From NCBI GenBank assembly GCA_037447605.1, contig CM074819.1, forward strand, positions 1,262,297 through 1,326,296: 64,000 bases of DNA, given 5' to 3'. Position 1 is the first letter of the stretch. Each line of letters starts with the position of its first letter. The notes beneath the pieces are model-generated. The model searched no databases. It was given only the letters and a program-made list of their open reading frames with translations, and had not been told where the DNA came from. The stretch comes from Zygnema circumcarinatum SAG 698-1b (Eukaryota > Plantae > Zygnematophyceae). Shown one piece after another: positions 23,849-36,161 of the stretch. The translations under genes and the position numbers were made by a program.

Positions 23849-26698
23849 CCGCCCCCGCCCAGCGAGCGCGAGGAGGAGGAGGACAAGGGAAGGAGGGAGC
23901 TTGACTGTCCGGCCAAACAGGCCTCGCGCTAGGAAGGAAGGAAGGAAGCAGCAGCCATGGCGGACCAGACCACGGCGCCCATCGGGAGGGACGCTCCCGG
24001 CGAGCCCGGGGAGTCCATGCGGGGAGTCACGGGCAGGTGAGCGCAGGAGGATGCAGGAGGGCGGGAAGGGGCACCAGATGGGGAGGGGAATTGGGGCTTA
24101 GCAATGTGCGGCATGGTGGTATGGCAAGGTATGGCATGGTATGGCATTGCATGGGTTGGGCGCTGAGCGGCGGTAGGGGGGATGGTGGCGGGCATGGGGG
24201 GCGTGCAGGGAGCCGATATTCCAGTACAACGCGGCGCAGACGGACGAGGCGGAGGGGCTGTTCCCGCTGCCGGTGGACTCGGAGCACAAGGCGAAGAAGA
24301 TCAAGCTGTTCAGCGTGGCGCAGCCGCACATGCGCGCGTTCCACCTCGCGTGGTTCTCCTTCTTCACGGCCTTCTGCTCGTCCTTCGCGGCGCCGCCGCT
24401 GGTGCCCATCATCCGCGAGAACATCAGCCTGACCAAGACGGACGTGGGCAACGCCGCCATCACCTCCGTGGTGGGCGCGGTGCTCTCGCGTGTCATCATG
24501 GGCTCCATCTGCGACCTGGTGGGCCCGCGCTACGGCGCCGCCTTCCTCCTCATGGCCACCGTGCCCTGCACGCTCTCCATGGCGGCCGTCTCCACCGCCA
24601 CCGGCTACATCGTCGTGCGCCTCTTCATCGGATTCGCCCTCGCCACGTTTGTCACCTGCCAGGTGCTCCCCGCCTTCCCTTTCGCCTCCCACCTCTTCTC
24701 CCCCTCTCCCTCTCTCTCCCTCTCCCTCCCACAGCTCCCTCATGGACGGCTGACCGGGTGCGGCGGGGGGCTTGGCAGTACTGGATGAGCTCCATGTTCA
24801 ACGCGAAGATCGTGGGGCTGGCGAACGGCGTGACGGCGGGGTGGGGCAACCTGGGCGGCGGGTTCATCCAGCTGCTGATGCCGTACCTGGAGTCGCTCAT
24901 CCGCGACTCGTTCGGAGCCAAAGAGTTCGCCGCGTGGCGGCTCGCCTTCTTCGTGCCGGGCGTCGCGCAGCTCTTCGTGGGGCTCCTGGTGCTCACCTTC
25001 GGGCAGGACTGCCCCGACGGCCAGTACCTCGCGCTCAGCAAGGCGGGCGCGCGCAAGATGGACAAGTTCTCCAAGGTCCTCTCCGCCCCCCCCTCTCCGC
25101 CCCTTTTAATTAGGGCCTGGAACTGCGCCCCCTGGGGGGGGAATTGAATTGGTTCGCGCGCTGTGGAGGCGGGCGCGGCCTCCTGTACGGCGGAGGGTGC
25201 TGACGGGGCTCCCCCTTGGGCGAGGGCGCAGGTGATGTTGGCGGCGCTGACGAACTACCGCACGTACATCATGTTCCTGCTGTACGGCTACTGCTTCGGC
25301 GTGGAGCTCACGGTGGACAACACCATCCACAACTACTTCGTGGACCGCTTCGGGGTGGACTCCAACAAGGCCGGCATCATCGCCTGTCAGTCATGCAGCC
25401 CCCCCCCCCCTTCCCGCACTGCGTTGGTTTTTGAAAGGAGAGAGGAATGGCTCCCCCGCTCCCTCATCATTCCATTGTGCACGGTCTCACCGGCCTTTTC
25501 TCTCTCTCTCAATCTCTCTCTCTCTCTCTCTCTCTGCAGCGTCCTTCGGGCTCATGAATATCTTCTCGAGGCCCACCGGAGGCATTATGTCCGATGTGGC
25601 GGCAAAGCGCTTTGGAATGCGGGGCCGTCTCTTGTGGCTGTGGATAGTCCAGGTGGGAGGGCGAGCCTCTGACCGTACAACTCGGCTCTGTCACGGACCT
25701 TTGAGAATGTTTGGGAGCGGGGTCTCTCTGTGCTCTTTATGCGGCCCTCTCTCTCTGTCTCTCTCTGTCTCTCTCTGACTCCTTTGCCGCCTGTTGTTTT
25801 GCAGACTCTGGGCGGCGTGTTCTGCCTGACGCTGGGGTACATGACGAACGTGTCCTCCTCCGTGATCGTCCTGATCGTGTTCTCGTTCTTCTGTCAGGCC
25901 GCCTGCGGAGCCACCTTCGGGGTCGTGCCCTTCGTGTCACGTCGCGCGCTCGGCGTAGTCTCGGGAATAACCGGGTCGGGCGGCAATGTGGGCTCCTTCG
26001 TCACGCAGGTGGGCGCCTTCCTCCTCGTCTCCCTCTCTCCCTCCCCCTCTCCCTCCCTCCCTTCCACTGGGCTAACCACTGGAACAGGATGATTCTCATT
26101 CCTGGCAGTCAGTGGGGCTTGTACTGCATGTGCGCGGCCTCGTCCTGACTGCAACTGAGAGCGATGCCTGTGCAGGCCGTCTTCTTCACATACAACTCGT
26201 ATGCCACCGAGGACGGGTTCAAGTACATGGGAATCATGATCATGTCCATCACCATGCTCACCTTCCTCATCTACTTCCCGCAGTGGGGGGGCATCATCTT
26301 TCCTGCCTCCAAGGCCCCCTCCGCCACGGAGGAAGCCTACTATGCTTCTGAGTACAACGAAAAGGAGCAGCAGGAGAACATGCACGCCGCCTCCATGAAG
26401 GTCCGCCCCTCTCCCCTCTTCCCCTGCTGTTGTGACCCCTTTTTAGGGTTGTGGCCCCTTTTTAGGGTTGTGGCCTGTTTTTAGGGTTGGGGCTCCGAGG
26501 CTGGTCCCAGGGGCGGAGGGGAGGGCAGTGCCCGCCCGCCAATGGGAGTGCGCGCTGCGGCGAGTGCTGACGGGCGGCCGCCCTCCCTCTTTGCTGCGCT
26601 TTGGTTTGAGCGCAGTTCGCGGAGAACGCCAAGGGCGAACGCGGCCGCGCGGGAGTCATCGCTCTCGCGGAGGGCGATGTGGAAGGGAACAAGAAGGT
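23849..26698 (+). repeat. Right arm of the NRT2 inverted duplication
   Basis: Reverse complement of 16470-19403. Confidence 0.95.
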
Positions 26699-26711
26699 TG
26701 AAAACTATTAG
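23957..26711 (+). CDS. NRT2: High-affinity nitrate transporter NRT2, copy b (8 exons; ends KKVENY*)
   Basis: Same exon structure and protein as copy a except the last residues; ATG at 23957 ([15 protein letters not shown]). Confidence 0.95.
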
Positions 26712-29553
26712 AGTAGCAAGCGCTTTTTAGCACTGATAGCAGTATTGCACTCAGTGTAGTTATCTGTAAGTTTATCGAACCCTACAACTGTCGGTTCCAC
26801 ATAGAGGGTGATACGAATGCATATATTATCAACTGTTTGATGGACTGCGAAATTTTTGTTTGCAGTCCACCATTGTTTAGCAATAGGAGTCCAGTTCAGT
26901 ACAGCAATAAGTTGCTGAGTGCAGCCTCACGCTTACCTGCAGGTCAATCCAACTTGTATGGGTTACTTCTTTCGGCCAAATTGAAGTTAAATGCCTCTGC
27001 ACATGGAGGCCTCAGTGAGATGTTTTGTATTTTTTTTTTGGATTTGACAGTGTATTGGGTTCTTAGGTCTAAACGTGTTGTAATTTTCTAGAAATACTCC
27101 TTTGAGCTTGTTCCCTAATTTTTGCCCGAGCTGCGAGCTCAAAGTATCTTTACCGAAATGGGCTCGAACAACACATCGCTGATCTGACCCAAGTTCCCCC
27201 CTCACCTCGGCCCCTCTGACTAGTCTGAGGTAGACTTGTTCCCCAAATTTGAGTATGGTGGGTCTTCTTGCCGCATTTGCACTGCCGAAAGCCAGTCTCT
27301 TAGGAGACCAAATACAGTATAATACAACTCAGCCTGTCGTCACTCTTAGACTGTAGCGAGGCCCGCTGAGAGAGAGAGAGAGAGAGTGAGAGAGAGAGAG
27401 AGAGAGAGAAGGAGAGAGCGAGAGCAGGTCAAATTAGGGCAGCGCTGGGCAGAGCTACCGCCGGCCCCTGCCTCGTTCCCTGGAACAGGCGCGAGCGTGG
27501 CCAACCGGCTCGCGCCACGTGGCTGACAGTCAACTGGAAGTCCGAACAGCTGGCGGACTGAGGAGGATCTGACGGAAACGGTGACGTCCACGTCTTGTTT
27601 GCTGACGTTAGGGCTTAGACCCGGTCTAGGGCCGCAGTATAACACGGGGGTGATTTTTCTCTGTGAAGGGTCGCCCAGACTTGGAGCAGTTCCAGCCTCG
27701 GCTTAGTTTAAATTTTTACTTCTAGAAAACACGAAGGAAAATGGCATTGAACAACATTGAACATTGACCAACAACATGGAACTTTCTAGAAAGGTTTTAC
27801 ACTTGTAAGATTTGATCAGCTCTCTAAGGGTGCATTGAGCTTGAAAGCTTACCATTGGGAATGAGATCCAATTTTATATGCTCGAGTTTTGAATTTCACA
27901 ACATTAATTTGACACCCTACAGATTGGCCCCACATTGTTCGAGTAGTGGTGGAGTAGTTCGTCGTCATCCTCATGCCCGCCACATGCAGGGAAGCATGCA
28001 CCGCCGGCTTGAGACATCGACAAACGAGCGTTCGCAAAAGTTTGTAAGTTTTTGTAGTGCTGATCATTTGACTGCGATGCAATATAGTGTTACTTAATTT
28101 CCTTTAAGCAAAGAGTTTGAATTGAGTCTTGGTAGCACCAACCAATCACACATTGTTTCAGGCACGAATGTTGAAGGTGGTTTAGACTCTGTCTCAACAA
28201 CTAAAGCCATCTCTGCCCTCCACCATCCGTAGCGCATCAAAGTAACTCAGGAACGCAAACGGGGAAGACGGTGAAACCATGAAATGTGATGCATGCTCAC
28301 AGATCCAGCAACCCTAACTTGAGTAGATGGAGGTGCTTTGGTTGAGCAGGTTTCACTTTGTTATTTCGAAGTTGTGCTGAGAAATGTTGTTGGCCACATG
28401 GGGTCTCGGGTCTAGGAGCGCAGTTGGGCTCTAGGCACGGCTTCAACTAGTAAAGTGATCTTATGAACCCTAAATGTTTGTGCCTTGCATATGAATGCCA
28501 CAAAATCTCGATCCTAATAGGCTCCCAAAAGAGAGGTGACTGTTGGACTTCCTTGGTCGATGTACGCATAGCGCATTCCAATATTGGCCCAAGGTTCGTG
28601 TGGGAGAGTTATGGTCCTGCTAGCGCCAATCGCAGCTTGCTATAGGCATGAACTTTCTAACATGACATGGGACAATTGTTCAACAATGAAAGGTCTCTAG
28701 AGCCATGTAACTGTAACTGCTTCTCAGTTCATGCACATGGATCACAAGCAACGCTCCAGTCGAACTGTCCCTGAAACAGCTTCCATGCCCGTCCTGCGGT
28801 GACGTCACATGTAGGCTCAGTTCCAAGCCAACCCTAAAATATCGCGCGCCCAATCCCCCTTCCAGCCCGCCCTCGACGGATAAGCTGCACGTGCAAAATA
28901 CCTCTCCCATTGGATAAATGTCGAAACACGTGTAACAAGGACCGCTGGTTGGATGACGTCTGAAATTTGTGTAAAAGTGGCTCATGACTGGACGATCTTT
29001 CAACGACTTCGCCTACGTGGCTCAATGCCGTCGGATCGTCGCATGTGTGATGCGTACTTTCCGCCGTCGCTGACGCGCCCGTGTCCTCCCAGCGCTTTTT
29101 CTGCATACCTTTTCTGCCCGAAACAGGACTGTTTTGGGCAGCCCGTTGTGAGAAACATTTTAATGCACTGATTTACACGTGTGATATGGAATACCTATTA
29201 GCTACGCTTTTTAAAAACTTTTGCCTGAAACACTTATCCCTTTGCCCGGGCTGCCCGTCCGTTCCAAAGGATGGTGCGTCACACCACTGTTTTGTCCCTG
29301 TTCCTCTTCCCTGCAGGCGGGCCGCCATTATCCCTCCTGCAGAGCTCCTGCTCAGGGGGAAAGCGGCGCGGAGTATCTCTCGCTCTCTCCTTCTTGTCTC
29401 TCTCTCTCTCTGTCCCTTTCCCTCCCCCCCTACCTCCTCCCTCCCTCCCTCCCTCCCTCCCTCTCCCTTTCATCCCCTCTCACACTTTCCTGCAAACAAA
29501 AGAGTCGTTTCAAGTGCTCCTTGGGAAAGGTGCTGCAGAGGCTTCGCAGCACA

Positions 29554-32500
29554 ATGACGAGCCCTGCAGTAGTGGCAGCTTCTGGAGCTGCCACGTGTAA
29601 GTCTGTTCTTGCAGGCGCAGCTGCAGTTGCCAGCAATGGCGGCAATGCTAGAGCTCGTGGAGGTTCTGGCGGCGCCATTCCGAGCTCCGCCGGTCTTGAA
29701 AGCCAGTTCAGGGGCCTCCGGAAGTTGGCGAATGCGGAGCAGCAGCCTTCTTCTCAGCTTGGACCGCGCAGGGCTCGCAAGATGAAGGTGATACGATAAT
29801 CCTTGTTCGGCTCTGAAATAGAGCAGACCTTGCATATTGTATATTTGCAAACGATACAGTATGACTATGCTGAACTGTTCTGGGCTTATGCCGACATGTT
29901 CAAGATCTGCATTATTGGTCAGAGACAGACAGAGGGGTTTGGATAATTGGTTTATAGACAGCTTTATTGGTCGCACCCAGCAGTCGGCGAAGGGCTATAT
30001 TTGTCAGTATTAGCCAGAGATGTCGTCGATGCGTTGACCGGCTTTTTGAAGCTACATGCCTTCTCCTCCTGACTCCTGGAACAAAGATCAAGTGATTGAT
30101 TCGTTGAGGAGAATGTACAATCATTTTTCTATCTGACAGTATTTCTCACTCGAACAACATAGTGGCTCGAGGATTTTGTAGTTGAGGAATTATATAAGGG
30201 CTAACACACAAGCAGCCACTTGGTATTGATTGGCTGACTCCTCGTCTAAGGTGTTGTAATTTTTATGAGCCCCTTCTCATTCTTCTAGTGTATCAATTAG
30301 GGTGGTTTCATCTCATTTGGAAACATTATTTACCCTGCAATTTTTATCGGCGTAGTTTAGTTCTTCTTGACGATATTTATTCTTTGAAGAATTATAACGA
30401 AGCTGAGGTAATTGGCCTCTTTGGAGTTTTCACTCCTGAGGTTTATTGTTATGATTCAGCTACCTACAGCACTACTGCAGAGCCTGGGAGCATTGGTAGT
30501 GGAAGAGGTATCAGGGAAGGGGTGATATTGAAGTCACGTATTCAGAAGGCCGGGCTGATCGCTTCGCAGCGTTTTTACCTTGGCTTAGCTGGAGAAGGTC
30601 CATCTTAATCTTGAGATAACCTGTACTGCATTGAGCCAACTTGCACGGTCTCCGCGTATCCTTTGGGAGTCGTGACATTAAAAAGCTATGGCTGCACCAA
30701 TGTTTAGATTTCAATTTCCAATACCGTGCACTTTGCCTTGTGTGAGTTTTGTAATGGACAGCGTTTAACTGGCTCTAGCGCGTATGCTTGATACTCATTC
30801 ACTAGGAGTTTGTCGTTTCTGGAACCATCGGACCTATGTTGGTTTAGAAAAGTGGTACATTCTTGGAAGTTTCGACACTCATGTGAGGAGTTCTATCAAC
30901 AGCTTGTTTTCAATTGCTGACTTGTGACGTTTTACTTGTCGATGGATGGGAAGCAGAATGCTATCGCAGCTTTAACTGACAAAGGGGAGTATCATTCAGA
31001 GAAGCCACCCACGCCTCTTCTGGACACAGTGAATTACCCCCAGCATATGAAGAATCTCACACTTCGGGTAAGTGTTTCAGGCAAACCTCCTAGGCCGCTT
31101 CCTTCAACGGAGCTACTGAATACATAGTGGCAGTTACGAAGCCAGATGGGTGAGGCATAATTGTAACCTAGCTTGTAGTATTGCGATGTCAAGCTCAACA
31201 TTATACTGCTGCGGTTGGGTATGTTTTGATCCTGAGCAGGATCTGAAGCAGCTGTCCGATGAGGTGCGCTCAGAAACCATTTTTACCGTATCGAAAACAG
31301 GCGGCCATTTGGGATCGTCTCTCGGAGTGGTAGAGCTGACAGTTGCACTTCACCATGTCTTCAATTCTCCAGAAGACAAAATTCTGTGGGATGTCGGTCA
31401 TCAGGTACCATATCTGCACCCCCTCTGCAGTAGGTGACAACCTTGCACTGGGATTAACAGAGAGCAGAGCTGACATCCCTCAGCCATGTCTCCTTGCAGG
31501 CGTACCCCCACAAGATTTTGACTGGCAGGCGTAACCGCATGCACACACTTCGGCAGACAGACGGTCTGTCCGGCTTCACGAACCGCTCAGAGAGCGAGCA
31601 CGACCCCTTTGGAGCAGGGCACAGCTCAACCTCCATCTCTGCAGGACTAGGTATAGCCATTTCACCTTATCCGCCATAGCTGTCTACACACTCTCATTAA
31701 GGCGGGGGTGTTTCCTCGAGCCAGAAAGCGGACTTGTCGTCTGATTTTGCAGTTTTTTCTGAAAGTGGTCTGACGTGTTTCAATAATATTCACTAGTACG
31801 TCTCACTAATATGGGCTTGCCTTCTTGCAGGAATGGCTGTGGGGCGTGACCTTCAGGGTCGCAAAAACCAAGTGATAGCTGTCATAGGTGATGGAGCCAT
31901 GACTGCTGGCATGGCATACGAGGCCATGAACAATGCCGGCTACTTGGACTCCAACATGATTGTCATCCTCAACGACAACAAGCAGGTGAAGGGACCTTAC
32001 ACATTCAGCTTCGTTTAGCTCCATATACATACGCAATGGTTTTCTGAGGGACCACTGGTGCAAATCTGTTTTTATTAAGGAGTTTTCCCTTTTTTGCAAT
32101 TTCGTATGATAATTAATGTAAGTTTGAAGGCCTTCGCGGACAGGTTTCCCTCCCTACTGCCACACTGGATGGCCCTGCTCCCCCTGTCGGAGCACTTAGC
32201 AGTACATTGAGCAAGCTTCAGTCGAGCCGGCAACTTCGAGAGCTCCGCGAAGTCGCTAAGGTAACAGAACAACAGTCTTACTGGAGGAAGAGTTTTATGG
32301 TTAAGCAAACTTCTGGCTGTTAAGTCTCGCTTGTTGTTAGGGCACTGACATCGTCTCTCTGTGCTCTCCTCAACCTCAGGGAGTGACAAAGCAAATTGGA
32401 GGGATTACTCACGAGCTTGCATCCAAGGTAGACGAATATGCGCGTGGAATGATCAGCGGCTCAGGCTCTACGCTTTTTGAGGAGTTGGGACTGTACTATA

Positions 32501-34837
32501 TCGGACCTGTGGATGGGCACAGCATTCCTGACCTGGTGGGCATTCTAAAGGAGGTGAAGAACACGCAGTCTACCGGTCCAGTCCTCATCCATGTTGTCAC
32601 AGAGAAGGGCCGCGGATACCCTTATGCCGAGCGGGCAGCCGACAAGTATCACGGTGAGTGTGGGGGAGGAGGAGAGGGAAGAGGAGAGATTCACTGAAGG
32701 AATGGAGGGATGTCTGGCAGTGTGATGATTGATGGGTATTGAGGGGCAAAGTTGCATGTAGCAATGAAGAGTTGAACTTTGGGGAAGAATGCAATCAAGT
32801 ATGCCTGTAGAGAGAGGCTCTAGCACCGTTTATATCCTTCTGGTGAACTTCCCTTGTTGCGTGCTGCACAGAGGTGTAAATATTGTTCGAAATAGCTCTA
32901 AGCGGGATGCTCTCCAGCCTTGGAAAGTTGATGCTTGCTGCTTTTTGCATGTTCTCTTGTCTCTCCTCTCTGCTTTCTCCTCGTATCACCACTTTTCTTA
33001 TTGTTCTCCTCCTTTCTCTCCTTTCCTCAGCTGCTGGTCAGAATGTCTGTACTTAGTCTGATCATGCGATGTTCATTTCGGCGAATGCAGGAGTGGTGAA
33101 ATTCGACCCAGCAACAGGCCGCCAGTTTAAGGGGAAAAGCCCCACACAGACATACACCACCTACTTCGCGGAGGCACTGATAGCAGAGGCTGAGGCTGAC
33201 AAAGACATAGTGGCCATTCATGCTGCCATGGGGGGAGGCACGGGTCTGAACTTGGTAAGTAATGTCAAAATCTCAGCTATTGCGCTGTACTTAACGTAAC
33301 CTATAACCTATATAACCTATATTCACCTGAACATCGGTGATGTTCAGCCTATTCTTGGGTCACTATTGCTTCATTACATTCCGTTCTGGACGTTTACTGA
33401 CTGGAATTGACTGTGCATGGAGCTGCAGTTCGCGAAAAGGTTTCCAGAGCGCTGCTTTGATGTAGGCATAGCTGAGCAGCACGGCGTCACCTTTGCAGCT
33501 GGGCTTGCCTGTGAAGGCATCAAACCTTTCTGCACCATCTATAGCAGCTTTCTGCAGCGTGGTTATGATCAGGTACGCTACATTCACCAAGCGAGCTTGA
33601 GTTCTCAACTCTGAAGTAGAAAACATGTTTCCTCTGTCACGTAGACTCATCTATGTTGCCCTCGTTTGGCACGGTTGATATACATTGCAACCCGTGGAGT
33701 TCTTTTTGTCGAAGTATGAGCCCTAAGTTCTTACCCCCCCTTGCTGAGACCTATTTTCTCTTTCCTGGCATGCAGGTTGTGCATGACGTGTGCCTTCAGA
33801 AGATTCCTGTTCGTTTCGCCATAGATCGAGCAGGTCTTGTGGGTGCAGATGGGGCTACTCATTGTGGGGCCTTTGATGTGACCTACTTAGGCTGCCTCCC
33901 CAACCTTATCATGATGGCTCCTTCAGATGAGGCAGAGCTCTTCCACATGGTGGCTACAGCAGCCGCCATAGACGATCAGCCCAGCTGCTTCCGCTATCCG
34001 AGGGGGAATGGCATCGGAGTGGAGCTCCCACCACACAACAAAGGCATTCCATTGGAGGTAACGAAACAGTCACTCTTGCTATCTTTCGCGTGAATGTGAA
34101 GCGTAGCAGAGGGATGGACTGGTCGGATAGAGGGGCAAGAACGAGGTTTAGGAGCGTTTTTCGGCGACCTTAGTGCTGTGCCGCTTGTGTGTATTGTGCA
34201 GATTGGAAAAGGACGAATCCTCCGAGAAGGGACAGACGTTGCTCTGCTCGCCTACGGCACGATGGCTCTCAACTGTTTGGCAGCGCATAAGCTTCTCGCA
34301 GAGAGGGGCATCTCTGCAACAGTAGTGGATGCAAGGTTCTGCAAGCCGTTAGATCAAGGCCTGATTCGACGACTGGCAAAAGAGCATCCTGTCATGTTAT
34401 CAGTGGAGGAGAATGCAATTGGTGGCTTTAGCTCTCATGTTTTGCATTTCATGACGCTGGACGGCCTCTTGGATGATGGGAAGGTCAAGGTGAGCTAATT
34501 CTTCTGTGTGAACAGTTCAAATTTTGTTTTGCTGTAGATTGCATTGTACTGCAATCTTAATCCTAGTTTGTAGCCTCTGTTTCCTCGCTCACCTTCTGCA
34601 GTCATCCTCTTGTTCCTCTGTATGTGTTCAACTCTACTCAGTCCGCCTCTGATCGATCTCCACACATTCTGCTCGTGTTTGCAGTTCCGTTCCATGATCC
34701 TTCCCGACCGCTTCATTGAGCATGGATCGCCAAAGGACCAGATATCAGAGGCAGGGCTCTCAGCTTCCCAGATTGCTGCAACTGCCCTCAACCTGTTAGG
34801 GCAATCTCGTGAAGCTCTGCAAATTCTAACTCTATGA
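29554..34837 (+). CDS. DXS: 1-deoxy-D-xylulose-5-phosphate synthase, plastid-targeted, multi-exon
   Basis: Ala/Ser-rich transit-like exon 1 (29554-29787), then [110 protein letters not shown]. Confidence 0.96.
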
Positions 34838-36161
34838 AACCACGAGTGCAGTAGACATGTTCTCTGAATTGTCTCGTCAGCTGCTCCTTGTCTGTTTGGC
34901 AGCTTTTAGGGTTGTGCAAAGGCATAGGAGGATGCTTAGATACCATTAGCATGTGAAGTGTGGAGAGAGAGAAAGCATGGCCGATTATCTTTATGTGTAA
35001 GCTATTACATTAGTTTGTTATTATTGAAGTGAAGAGTTTTGGTCGTAGTGTGTATTCTGTAGTCAGATAGGGGTTGAGATGCCTGTGTGGAATCACAGCT
35101 TTGTTGTAAGGCGGCCTTGCTGGCCTGCCCGCGCTAATGCCATGTTTCCCAACGGGGAAGCCGCCTCTCTTGCAATTTGAGATGTATGTCGAGCAAATTT
35201 TTTGCCTTCAGAGTTTCCGCAAAATGTATGACATGATGAGGTACAGGGATTAGAAATAGTACTGTATGTATGATTCGGTCTAAGGGCCCATCCATCCCCC
35301 TCACCACTCCCTCCCTCCCTCTCACTCTCTCTCGCTCTCTCTCTCTATCTTTCATGAACCTCATAAGCCAAATCCCCTCCTAAGCAGTCTTAACACTACC
35401 ATCCACTCTATTTATCCTGACCTTATCCATGCCATGCAACCCATCGTCTCAAATCTTGCCTATACTATGGCAACATGGAACTGTTCAAATGAGAGGGTTA
35501 CATGTGTCAAACGGAGTCAGAACCTTTCTGTGTCGGGCCAGCCCTCCGCTACAGCCCGGCCTAACCTGTAGTGGCGGCTACAGCCGCCAGGCCGCCGCCT
35601 GTAGCGCGTCCCTTGACTGGACAGACCCTTGTTCCTACCACGCCTCGCCTTCGGGACGATCTTCCAGGGCTTGTCGACATTGTCCAATGGGGACGCGCCA
35701 CGTGTACATATAGTACACATGGCGGGTCGCTATTGGAAGACGCCCCAAGTATTGTTCGCTATGAAGTTACCTCGTCCATATTCCAGGGCGTCATGACCTG
35801 ATTCAAAAACAGTACTCTGTATGTGGATATTACTACTAGTTTTTCAGAAGTACATGTACTCGTTTTGAAATCGTTGCTTCTGGGAATTGATTGAAAGGTA
35901 TGACTTGGACTTGAGGAGAGAGGAAGGCGGCGGAGACACACAGTGGCGGAAGGAGCAGGGAGGGGGAGGGGATTAAATAGGCGGAGGAGAGAGAGAGAGA
36001 GGAGAGAGGAGAGAGTCAGAGAGAAGGAAGAGAGAGAGGAGAGAGAGAGAGAGGAGAGAGAGAGAGAGGAGAGAGAGAGGAGAGAGAGAGGAGAGAGAGG
36101 GAAGGAGAGAGAGAACGAAGGAGAGCGAGAGTGAGAGAGAGACTTTGTTGTAGGGGTGGAA

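Noticed and set aside
19404-29300. NAR2/NRT3 partner or nitrate/nitrite reductase expected in an algal nitrate cluster
   Set aside because: No recognisable NAR2, NR or NiR motifs found in the loop or flanks.
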